Source of the DNA: an uncultured virus (IMG/VR IMGVR_UViG_3300025889_000102)
Taxonomy: Duplodnaviria; Heunggongvirae; Uroviricota; Caudoviricetes
IMG/VR virus record: IMGVR_UViG_3300025889_000102
Direction: 5' to 3' (one strand)
DNA length: 64,000 nt
Position numbers and translations under genes: made by a program. The stretch's first letter is position 1. Each line of letters starts with the position of its first letter. A model generated the notes under the pieces. It was not told the DNA's origin and searched no databases. It saw nothing but the letters and a program-made list of their open reading frames with translations. This document shows, in pieces, positions 18,849-26,763 of the stretch.

Positions 18849-19268
18849 CTTTAGAGTTGTCCTTTGGACAACTAACACCTTCGCTTGCCTCCGGCTTCGC
18901 TTGGTGTTGTCTTTTTTATTAAATGTTAAATACTTGCCGCCTCGGATGTCCATGGTAGTGCTACAAGCACTACCAGAATCAAGACTTGCCTGCCCATCAT
19001 CCATGCTGTTTATTCCCCGTCACACTAGCCTATTTGCTGCACAACGCTACCGGTTGCCCTATAAAGTTTATTGGGACTGTAGTTTGAGTATTACTCAAGC
19101 AACGCATGTTTTGTATCATCAAAACAGAATAGATACAAACTCATTCAGGGTTCGCTAACCTGTCGATTGCCCTGTCGGTATTCCGTGTATCTCTACACGC
19201 TGCTCCAGTTCTGCCGGTAACTAGTAGTACTAGACTGGCTCAAGGAGAGTCGAGGTGCCCCGACCAAA
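18849..19268. ncRNA. candidate large structured non-coding RNA (or structured cis element) of unrecognised class
   Basis: A 420-nt gap between convergent genes in an otherwise tightly packed genome, visibly more GC-rich than the other intergenic spacers, with at least nine hairpins (listed in findings). Confidence 0.55.
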
Positions 19269-19817
19269 CTAATTTTCAGAAGTTTTTAAATCTATTATAT
19301 TAGTACTATTGGTGCCACAATATGCTTTAAAGATGTCTTTGTTGAGCCTAAAAAAGATGTCAAATTCTATAATTATCCAATCGCCGTGTTCTTTAGAAGT
19401 GTAATATAAAAAGTGATCAGTAACATAAGTCTTATTAGATTGAACTGCTACGAATTTACCTTTCCTGTTAAATTTCATGAATAAAATATTTAAATCACTG
19501 GGTTCTGCTACAGTCAGCATTTGTCCTAACCAATCGTCAAATACTTTACATTCTCCTGCTAGTACTTGATGAAAAGGAAAGTCTTTGTAACTCTTGCATT
19601 CAGCATTCATTAAATTGAAACTTTGTCCGGGTACGATATCACCCTTGAAACTGCGTATCTGCCCTTCGTGTAATATTTGTGTTCTGCTAGTGTTCTTACC
19701 ACCTACATAAGCACCTGAGCCTGGAGCCCTGATAAAACTTTCTTGGTACAAGTCAGAAAGATAATTGGCTATCTCTCTTTCAAAATTGTTTCCTTTTGCT
19801 TTCTGTGGACTAGGCAT
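19269..19817 (-). CDS. Holliday junction resolvase (Hjc-like PD-(D/E)xK nuclease)
   Basis: KAKGNNFEREIANYL...RAPGSGA...GDI...AECK layout; lies downstream of gp46/gp47. Confidence 0.8.
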   Translation of the reverse strand: MPSPQKAKGNNFEREIANYLSDLYQESFIRAPGSGAYVGGKNTSRTQILHEGQIRSFKGDIVPGQSFNLMNAECKSYKDFPFHQVLAGECKVFDDWLGQMLTVAEPSDLNILFMKFNRKGKFVAVQSNKTYVTDHFLYYTSKEHGDWIIIEFDIFFRLNKDIFKAYCGTNSTNIIDLKTSEN

Positions 19818-19852
19818 ACTGTAATTAGTGTTTATCTTTGTAGCCGAAAAAT

Positions 19853-21616
19853 TTATAATACTTCATTAGAACTACTGTATGAAGTGAAGCCGTTTTCTTT
19901 GATCACTCTTAATACACTAGGTACTCTACCCGCTAACTCTTCGCGATGAGAAACTAACCAGATACTTTTTTCTCTGCGTCTAGACATGTCTTTCAAGATA
20001 GCCATACTGTTTTCTACACCTACAGTATCTAGACCTGAGTCAATTAATTCATCGATAAAGATAGTATTGATAGGATGATATAAACTTTCCCATACATCTC
20101 TAAAAGCAAAACTCAAACCCAGAATCAATCTATTTCTTTCTCCCCTAGAAAGATTGTCAAAGTCTAACTCTCGACCTAATTCGGTTATCTCTACATTCAA
20201 ATCATTTTGAAATACTACTTGGTGTGGTAGACCTATTCTATCTAAGTAATGAGTTAATCTAGAATTCAAATAACTTAAATTCTGATCAATGATTTTTTTA
20301 CGTATGAAAGAATCTTTGCTGGTCAACAAGTCAAGCAAGAACTTTTGATGATCTAATACTCTGTTTAATTTATTAATATTATCAAAACTTATTTCTTGCA
20401 GGGCGTTCTTCTCCATTTCTACTATTTGTTCAGAATATGGATTAGTTTCATCTTTTCTCAAATCAACTTCTTTGATGAGACTATCTAATTTACTCCTATG
20501 ATCAAATGCTTCTTGCTCAGTATCATAGAACAGTTTAGGTAATGGCCCAACCTTACCTATATCATTTTTAGTAGTTTCTAATTGTTGTAATAGAGAAGAC
20601 CATTCTTCTATATTTTTTACAGATTCTTTTAACGCTTTTTCTTTATCTTTCAATACGCTTTTATGTTTCTTGTCATGGAATTCTTGACCACAAGCATAAC
20701 ACTTGTTATCTTTCAAAGAAGTCAACTCTTTTTCTATCTTTTTAACATTCTTTTCTTCTTTGGCTATATCACTTTGAGTTCTGTCTATAGCCTTATTAAG
20801 GTCAGCGATATCTTTCTTACGCTGGTTAAACATTGCTAGATCCTTGTGACCTTGCAATTCTTTTTGAATGTCTAATTTCTGTAGTTCTTCTAACTCGCTG
20901 GTTAGATTTGATACAGTTTCTGTGTGTTTAGTATCCCAGAGTTTTTGTTTTCTTTTGAGAGCATCAATTTGCTCTACAATTCTTTTGTTTGCTTCTTCTA
21001 TTGCTTTGATTTTGTATTCTTCTCCGGTAAGTTGATCTTTAGTATCTCTTACTAGATTTTTAACGGTTTCTGCTTTTTCAGACAACAGAGTTATACCTAA
21101 TAACTGTTCAATTACAGTACGCTGTTCTCCCGCGCTCATTGCTAAAAAGGGAGTGCTATAAGTATTCAACGCTACTATGTGTTTGAACATGTCAGGTGAC
21201 ATGCCTATGGCACGTTCGATTTCTATTTGAGTTTCTTTATTTTCTCCCTGAGCGTCATTTTGTGATTCTCTTATGTCAGAGTTCACATAGAATTTTAATA
21301 TGTTTGGTTTTCTACCACGCTCAATCTTATACTCTACTCCATTCGCGCTAAACTCTAGAGTAACTAGCATACCCTTACCATTTGTTCTATTGATAAGATT
21401 ATCTTTTCTTATTTGATTTAATGGGGTACCAAACAAAACATAAGACAAGCCTTGAATCAAAGTAGTTTTACCAGTACCATTTCTAGCACCGTCACCCCCT
21501 AGATCAAGGTTCTCTCCTAATATTAGTGTTAGTTCTTTACTGTCAAAGTTGACTGCTTGGGTTACTGCACCAATAGACAAAAAGTTTCTAAGTGTTAAAT
21601 TTTTAAGTGTTATCAT
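19853..21616 (-). CDS. gp46: recombination endonuclease ATPase subunit (T4 gp46, SbcC/Rad50-like)
   Basis: Walker A NGTGKTT, central coiled coil with CYAC zinc hook, signature LSRGE, Walker B FIDELIDSGLD, and VSH. Confidence 0.95.
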   Translation of the reverse strand: MITLKNLTLRNFLSIGAVTQAVNFDSKELTLILGENLDLGGDGARNGTGKTTLIQGLSYVLFGTPLNQIRKDNLINRTNGKGMLVTLEFSANGVEYKIERGRKPNILKFYVNSDIRESQNDAQGENKETQIEIERAIGMSPDMFKHIVALNTYSTPFLAMSAGEQRTVIEQLLGITLLSEKAETVKNLVRDTKDQLTGEEYKIKAIEEANKRIVEQIDALKRKQKLWDTKHTETVSNLTSELEELQKLDIQKELQGHKDLAMFNQRKKDIADLNKAIDRTQSDIAKEEKNVKKIEKELTSLKDNKCYACGQEFHDKKHKSVLKDKEKALKESVKNIEEWSSLLQQLETTKNDIGKVGPLPKLFYDTEQEAFDHRSKLDSLIKEVDLRKDETNPYSEQIVEMEKNALQEISFDNINKLNRVLDHQKFLLDLLTSKDSFIRKKIIDQNLSYLNSRLTHYLDRIGLPHQVVFQNDLNVEITELGRELDFDNLSRGERNRLILGLSFAFRDVWESLYHPINTIFIDELIDSGLDTVGVENSMAILKDMSRRREKSIWLVSHREELAGRVPSVLRVIKENGFTSYSSSNEVL

Positions 21617-22755
21617 TCGAATGGATTACCCCCGCACATAGCAAAAACGTCTGGTTCTTTGTCAACATATTCTTTTAGTAGTGCTGCATTTTTTTCTAAT
21701 CTAGGAAAAATATCTCTTCTAAGTTGGTTAACACTATCCAACGTTGGATATTTTTTCTTAAAATTTTTCAATATGTTTATGATCGAATACATCCTGACAT
21801 CTTTATCTTCTTCTACATCATAATAATGATTTTCTAAGATATCGTCAAATACATCAAATCCCGTTTCTCTAACAATTTTTATTATTCCTTTTGAACCAAA
21901 TATTATGGGAACTTGATACCAACCAAATGCTTTCCAAGTTTTTTCTGAGATATGCATCCTATAACAATTAGTTTCTACTACTACGTTTATTAAACATTTA
22001 TAAAAAAACTCGCTGGGAGGACCATGATGAATATATTCTTTGTCTTCTGCTGATATGGGATAGGGAAAAGGAGCCATCATTTTTTTGTAAAAATTAGCGA
22101 GGTAACTCGCATGTTTAAATCCAAGAGAAACTACCGAAATTTCACTGAAATTCATTAATAGTTCTCTAGTGAATGCTGCCTTTTCAATACTTGATCTTCT
22201 GGCTAAGGAAAGAAAATACTTGTCACACTCTATAGTAGAAAAATCTATGTTACTTTTTAATAATTTGTCATGCCATCCCGAGTAATTGACACAATGATTT
22301 GAGATTGTTTTTATTTTAAATTGTTTATGTTCTAGGTGCGGGATCGCTACAGAACCTATAGAAGCAATGAAAAAAGAATTAGTATGATTATATCCTAGAA
22401 AATTGACGAATGTTTTAGCATGTTCTAAAAATCCGGGTACTGTTTCATACAGAACCTTTACTATAATAAATTTTTTCTTTGTTATTTTCTCAGAAAGGTA
22501 ATCAGCAATGTACCTATTAATCTCTCTCGCATATAATGGATGTACTATTAGTCTTCTTCCGCGTACTATGGAATCCATATTACTTAATTCAGGGGATGAT
22601 TTTATAACTAACTCTTGTACTTCAGGGGTAGGTAAAAAGTAGTATATTTTTAAGTAATCAATTACAACAATATCTTCACCTATATAGGTGACCCAATCTT
22701 TATTTTCCCATAACGTTTGATCAACAGCTGACAGGTAATCGTCTATCTTAGACAT
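21613..22755 (-). CDS. hypothetical protein with possible glycosyltransferase-like C-terminal domain, inserted between gp47 and gp46
   Basis: 380 aa and visibly AT-rich. INVVVETN..HISEKTWKAF...PIIFG resembles the E-N/T...(S/T)EK...P motif of GT10-like GT-B enzymes. Its stop overlaps the gp46 start (ATGA). Confidence 0.5.
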   Translation of the reverse strand: MSKIDDYLSAVDQTLWENKDWVTYIGEDIVVIDYLKIYYFLPTPEVQELVIKSSPELSNMDSIVRGRRLIVHPLYAREINRYIADYLSEKITKKKFIIVKVLYETVPGFLEHAKTFVNFLGYNHTNSFFIASIGSVAIPHLEHKQFKIKTISNHCVNYSGWHDKLLKSNIDFSTIECDKYFLSLARRSSIEKAAFTRELLMNFSEISVVSLGFKHASYLANFYKKMMAPFPYPISAEDKEYIHHGPPSEFFYKCLINVVVETNCYRMHISEKTWKAFGWYQVPIIFGSKGIIKIVRETGFDVFDDILENHYYDVEEDKDVRMYSIINILKNFKKKYPTLDSVNQLRRDIFPRLEKNAALLKEYVDKEPDVFAMCGGNPFE

Positions 22756-22759
22756 AAGT

Positions 22760-23776
22760 TCATAAACCCCTGTAGATATCTAGTAGTATTCTTGGATCAT
22801 AAAACTGACTTTCAATATTGCTGATTTGATCTATGATAATTTGATCCACAGATTCAAACTTCAATTCACCCGGAGCAAGATCCTGAGAGTGCTGTTCCAT
22901 CTTCATAGGTATTAGTGACATCTCTCTTAGACTGTATTCGGGAATCAATGTTTCTTTAATGAAGTTGGCTTCTTCATAAGATATGTCTATATCCAAATGA
23001 ACTCTAACACTGGCTCGGGAAATTAATAACTTTTTTGGATCATCTAATATATCACTTAATTTATAAACCCTAAATACTGGTTGGGCGTCCCAAGAATAGT
23101 ATTCTGGTTCTTCTCCCCAGGCTAGTACCATCATGCCCCTAGCGTCATCACTAGCATCAGCATAATTGTGAGGGAAACAGTTGCCAATATATCTGATATT
23201 TTTTCTTGCTTGTCTTTTATGGAAATGGCCAGAGAATACCTGATCAAAGTGAGACAAATGTTTTTCATTGATCTCACCATGATCAGGCATCTCTACCATA
23301 GCATTCATGTAGAAGTGGGGAAGTTCAAGATGAGCAAATAGATACTTGCCCTTTAACTTCTTGAGTTTCTTATACTCTTCTCCAACTAGCCACGGAGCAA
23401 CTACTACATCACCCTCGACTATCCAGTCGTTAGCGATGTGTACGTTTGACAGATGCTTCGCCCACTCTACAGAATGTATATCCCGGCGATCACGATAATA
23501 AAGATCATGATTACCTGGAATGAAAAAGACTTGTTCGAAGTTATCGTTTAGTTTTTCTAAGGCTCTCAAACCAAATTGCAAAGTATGCATGTTGATGCTA
23601 GACCTGTGATGATTCCAATCACCCAGAAAGAAGCAGGTCTCGCAGTTCTCTTGCTTGGCTTTGCTAATGAACCAATCGATGAACTCCGAACAGTCTTGGT
23701 TATGTTGTATACTGTTACTCTTCAAACCAAAGTGTATGTCAGTACAAACAGCGGCTTTTTTAAACAAGTTGGCCAT
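22760..23776 (-). CDS. gp47: recombination endonuclease nuclease subunit (T4 gp47, SbcD/Mre11-like)
   Basis: Metallophosphoesterase motifs TDIHFG, LGDW, PGNHD, AH and SGHFH. Confidence 0.95.
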   Translation of the reverse strand: MANLFKKAAVCTDIHFGLKSNSIQHNQDCSEFIDWFISKAKQENCETCFFLGDWNHHRSSINMHTLQFGLRALEKLNDNFEQVFFIPGNHDLYYRDRRDIHSVEWAKHLSNVHIANDWIVEGDVVVAPWLVGEEYKKLKKLKGKYLFAHLELPHFYMNAMVEMPDHGEINEKHLSHFDQVFSGHFHKRQARKNIRYIGNCFPHNYADASDDARGMMVLAWGEEPEYYSWDAQPVFRVYKLSDILDDPKKLLISRASVRVHLDIDISYEEANFIKETLIPEYSLREMSLIPMKMEQHSQDLAPGELKFESVDQIIIDQISNIESQFYDPRILLDIYRGL

Positions 23777-23820
23777 CTAACTATCTTATGTTAATATTTT
23801 TGCTTTTGCAAAAGTTATGG

Positions 23821-24708
23821 TCATTCTTCTGTCAACTTCATGTCCCTCATCTGCCTAGTGTGCGATGGGTTCAATCCATTCATTTCTAAAATGTCATCTC
23901 TGATATTTTGATTTCTCTTTTCTGTGTTCAATACCCTGCAAAAACTATTAGTGATAGCAGCAGTATAATAAGCGAAAGGGTTGCTAGATTTCGCTTCATT
24001 GAAGCGTAACCCAACATATGTTAGTTGAAGTATGGCGCTGTTACGCATCTCATCATTATATGTATATCCCCTCCAGTTATACTTCATAGCATATTTTTCA
24101 CATAGCATTATAAACATGCGGGCTAGTTTGTCAGTTAATTGACCATGATCTTTATTAAAATGTCCGGTCTTTACTCCGTTTGTCCAATGAGATTTGCCCA
24201 CGCAAATTAAAGTATTATTTTCATCTATCTTAAAGTGCTGGAACGGAGGAAAATTTACCCTAACATGTACCATATCATCAACTTCTTTAGCAGTATCTTT
24301 ATCGTCTAGTTCATCAAAATCTATCTGGTCAGAGTCTTCAAATTCTATGATGTCTTGTACTGTTTTCTTTTTTATTACTTTTCTTGGTTGTTTTGGGGCT
24401 ACTGGAATGTGATCCCAAGTCATGACCCTGAATACTAAATCAGTCTTGGGTATATCTTTTGGATCTATCTTAGTGCCAGTCTCTTGACTTAATCTGGCTG
24501 CTCTGTTTTCTCGGGCTTGCTTAATAGTATCTCTTTTAAGACAATATGCTAGACTTTTTTCTAGTTTGGCTTCGGGCATGTCAACTATAAAATCATATTG
24601 ATGATACTCTGCCCTAGTAAAGCAACAGTAAGAACTTTTGCTCAGGTGAATTTCTTTTAATATATCTTTATTGTTTAGATAGTTTACTGGTCTTTTTGCT
24701 GTAGACAT
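23821..24708 (-). CDS. gp55: late-transcription sigma factor (T4 gp55-like); start re-called at 24708
   Basis: NYLNNKDILKEI N-terminus and NWRGYTYNDEM...FNEAKSSNPFAYYT..ITNSF.R.LN.EK core. RBS AAGGA precedes the ATG at 24708, and the longer start in the track would overlap the promoter. Confidence 0.88.
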   Translation of the reverse strand: MSTAKRPVNYLNNKDILKEIHLSKSSYCCFTRAEYHQYDFIVDMPEAKLEKSLAYCLKRDTIKQARENRAARLSQETGTKIDPKDIPKTDLVFRVMTWDHIPVAPKQPRKVIKKKTVQDIIEFEDSDQIDFDELDDKDTAKEVDDMVHVRVNFPPFQHFKIDENNTLICVGKSHWTNGVKTGHFNKDHGQLTDKLARMFIMLCEKYAMKYNWRGYTYNDEMRNSAILQLTYVGLRFNEAKSSNPFAYYTAAITNSFCRVLNTEKRNQNIRDDILEMNGLNPSHTRQMRDMKLTEE

Positions 24709-24735
24709 AAGTTCCTTTATATTATTGTTGCACAA

Positions 24736-24764
24736 ATGATACACACCTGACAGCATAATGTCAA
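24736..24764 (-). promoter_or_regulatory. sigma70-type promoter for the gp55-gp47-gp46-resolvase operon
   Basis: Minus strand TTGACA (24764-24759), 17-nt spacer, TATCAT (24741-24736). Confidence 0.75.
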
Positions 24765-24797
24765 GCCTTAGTATCTAAAAACGCCGATTTTAAATAT

Positions 24798-24805
24798 GAT
24801 AAATA
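24798..24805 (+). promoter_or_regulatory. late promoter box GATAAATA upstream of the baseplate operon
   Basis: One-base variant of the T4 late consensus TATAAATA, recurring upstream of many structural genes in this window. Confidence 0.65.
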
Positions 24806-24856
24806 TACACAGACATGCTATTTATGTGTCTTTAATTTAGTGAGAGAATAATACAT

Positions 24857-26443
24857 ATGGCTACCTGCAATGAAATATTAAGTAACATGCAACAACTTGA
24901 TGCTGAAGTGCGCGGTGCCACAGGGACCGTCGAGGACCTTTATGACGAGGCTTATGATTTAAAGTTAAAAGTAGACTCCTATGCTACCGGATCCGGAATT
25001 TTGCTTTTTAACAATAAAGATGACTTACTTTTTGAGGCAAAGAATTATTTAAACCAAGTAGAATTGTATCAAGTATATGATGCAGATTATGAGGCTAAAG
25101 GACGAGATTTACTGAGCCAAGCTACAGCAGGTAATTGTCAAGCTGCTATTGACTATTATAACAATACTCTTGTACGGGCAATTAATTATCTTGGTGTTAG
25201 AATACAATCAACAAAAACACTTTTAGGAAGAATTATAGATACAATAAATTCTGCTACGGAACCGGAGCCTCCACCAGTAGCAGACGAGCCGGCGCCCGTG
25301 ACACCTGAATCAGACCCTGCATTGCAAGATCCAGTAGCAGATCCGCTAGCACCCGTAATAGACGAACCCCCGCCGGTAACAAGCGAAGAAATAGATCCTA
25401 ATTTTGACCCCAATGATCCACTGGCACCCGTAATAGACGAACCCCCGCCGGTCACCGATCAAGAGATAGACCCAAACGCTGACCCAAATGGTTTTGATGA
25501 TGTATTAGATCCCGAAGGATTAATAGACGAACCTCCAATCATTGATGAAGATCCAGCATTTTTAGACGGTGATCTAGATACTGACGAAGGATTAAACGAA
25601 TTTTTAGGAAGCGATGAAGGAGACGAAGGAGGAGGTGCTGGCGGTGCTAGAGCATCTGGACCCAGCGAAGCGCAAGCAGCAGCATCAGAGGGAGATTGGA
25701 GAGTTAGACTTTCTTTAGCAGCCAGCTCGGAATATTTGTATAAGGCTGCCGGTTTAACCGGCGATATAATGTCTCCACTAAGGGCAACCAATGGTATTGT
25801 TTTTCCTTACCTCCCCACTATTACAGTAAATTATTCTGCTAACTATAACGAAGAAACTCCTGCTCACGCTAACTATAAAAATCTATTCTATAATAATAGC
25901 AACGTGGGCGACGTTACGATCACGGCAGATTTCACGGCACAAGATTCAGCAGAAGCATCTTATATGTTAGCGGTAATTCATTTTGGGAGATCAATTACTA
26001 AGATGTTTTATGGTCAAGACGAAGCCCCGCCCAATGGTGTACCTCCACCGCTAGTGTTTTTGACAGGAGTAGGAGATTTTCATTTCTCTAATCATCCACT
26101 AGTTGTGTCGGGATTTCAATTGACTTATCCCAACAACGTAGATTATATCAGATGTACACCGGGAGAAAATATTGGACTAGCAGATCGTTCTATCGCAGGT
26201 ACTATCGAGCAAAGAGCCTTTACTAGATTGAATGGTGCAGGCAATAGCATCACACCGGGAGGATTGAGACCGCCACCTAATTTTACGGTAATCAATCAAC
26301 CTAACTATATACCAACAAAAATGACTATAACATTTACTTGCAAGCCAATAGTATCTAGAAATGTCATTAGTAATGACTTTAGTTTACGAGATTATGCCTC
26401 GGGTGCTATATACAGTAGACCAGGCAGAGGAGGTATCTGGTAA
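24857..26443 (+). CDS. baseplate/tail-tube initiator-like protein (gp48/gp54-type C-terminal domain) with helical N-terminus and Pro/Asp-rich linker
   Basis: C-terminal DWRVRLSL...VFPYLPTI...ADFTAQ...PPPLVFL.G...P.VV..F...P..VD pattern; first gene of the baseplate block, before the gp53-like gene. Confidence 0.55.
   Translation: MATCNEILSNMQQLDAEVRGATGTVEDLYDEAYDLKLKVDSYATGSGILLFNNKDDLLFEAKNYLNQVELYQVYDADYEAKGRDLLSQATAGNCQAAIDYYNNTLVRAINYLGVRIQSTKTLLGRIIDTINSATEPEPPPVADEPAPVTPESDPALQDPVADPLAPVIDEPPPVTSEEIDPNFDPNDPLAPVIDEPPPVTDQEIDPNADPNGFDDVLDPEGLIDEPPIIDEDPAFLDGDLDTDEGLNEFLGSDEGDEGGGAGGARASGPSEAQAAASEGDWRVRLSLAASSEYLYKAAGLTGDIMSPLRATNGIVFPYLPTITVNYSANYNEETPAHANYKNLFYNNSNVGDVTITADFTAQDSAEASYMLAVIHFGRSITKMFYGQDEAPPNGVPPPLVFLTGVGDFHFSNHPLVVSGFQLTYPNNVDYIRCTPGENIGLADRSIAGTIEQRAFTRLNGAGNSITPGGLRPPPNFTVINQPNYIPTKMTITFTCKPIVSRNVISNDFSLRDYASGAIYSRPGRGGIW
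25340..25489 (+). repeat. imperfect 75-bp in-frame direct repeat (DPLAPVIDEPPPVT..EIDPN.DPN, two copies)
   Basis: The core gcacccgtaatagacgaacccccgccggt is identical in units starting at 25340 and 25415. Confidence 0.9.
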
Positions 26444-26754
26444 TGCCAAATCAGATTTATTCATCAATTAGCCCTTATTATCTTACACCATTGGCTAACA
26501 ACACTTATCTAGATTTTTGGGTAGGTAGGAAAATTACTCCCCGAGCATCTGATGTTCAGTATGTTATACCTAAGGTGTATGAATTCAGACCAGATTATCT
26601 AGCATACGACTTGTATCAAGACAGCAGATACTGGTGGGTGTTTGCTGCTAGAAATCCTAATCGATTAGGTGGTGATCCTTATTTTAGTTTCGTAGCCGGT
26701 CTACAGATATACATACCAACGCTGAATGAAATAAAGAAATCTTTGAATTTATAG
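26443..26754 (+). CDS. baseplate wedge protein (T4 gp53/LysM-like)
   Basis: RPDYLAYDLYQDSRYWWVFAARNP...G.QIYIP motif. Confidence 0.8.
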   Translation: MPNQIYSSISPYYLTPLANNTYLDFWVGRKITPRASDVQYVIPKVYEFRPDYLAYDLYQDSRYWWVFAARNPNRLGGDPYFSFVAGLQIYIPTLNEIKKSLNL

Positions 26755-26763
26755 GATTATTAA

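Noticed and set aside
18810..19158. Short ORFs 18810..19004 (-) and 18901..19158 (+) in the structured island
   Set aside because: No RBS, atypical composition, mutually overlapping and running through dense hairpins; a non-coding role fits better.
18849..19268. Island as group I intron, tmRNA, RNase P, tRNA or HEARO/omega-RNA
   Set aside because: No interrupted gene, no P7 partner for the ACAGTCC-like segment, no tRNA-like ends. The TGCTCCAGTTC and GTCGAGG fragments are too short to support HEARO, and no adjacent IscB-like gene exists. A cmscan is still needed.
24709..24756. Longer N-terminus of gp55 given in the ORF track
   Set aside because: It overlaps the sigma70-type promoter; the ATG at 24708 has an AAGGA RBS and starts just before the conserved motif.
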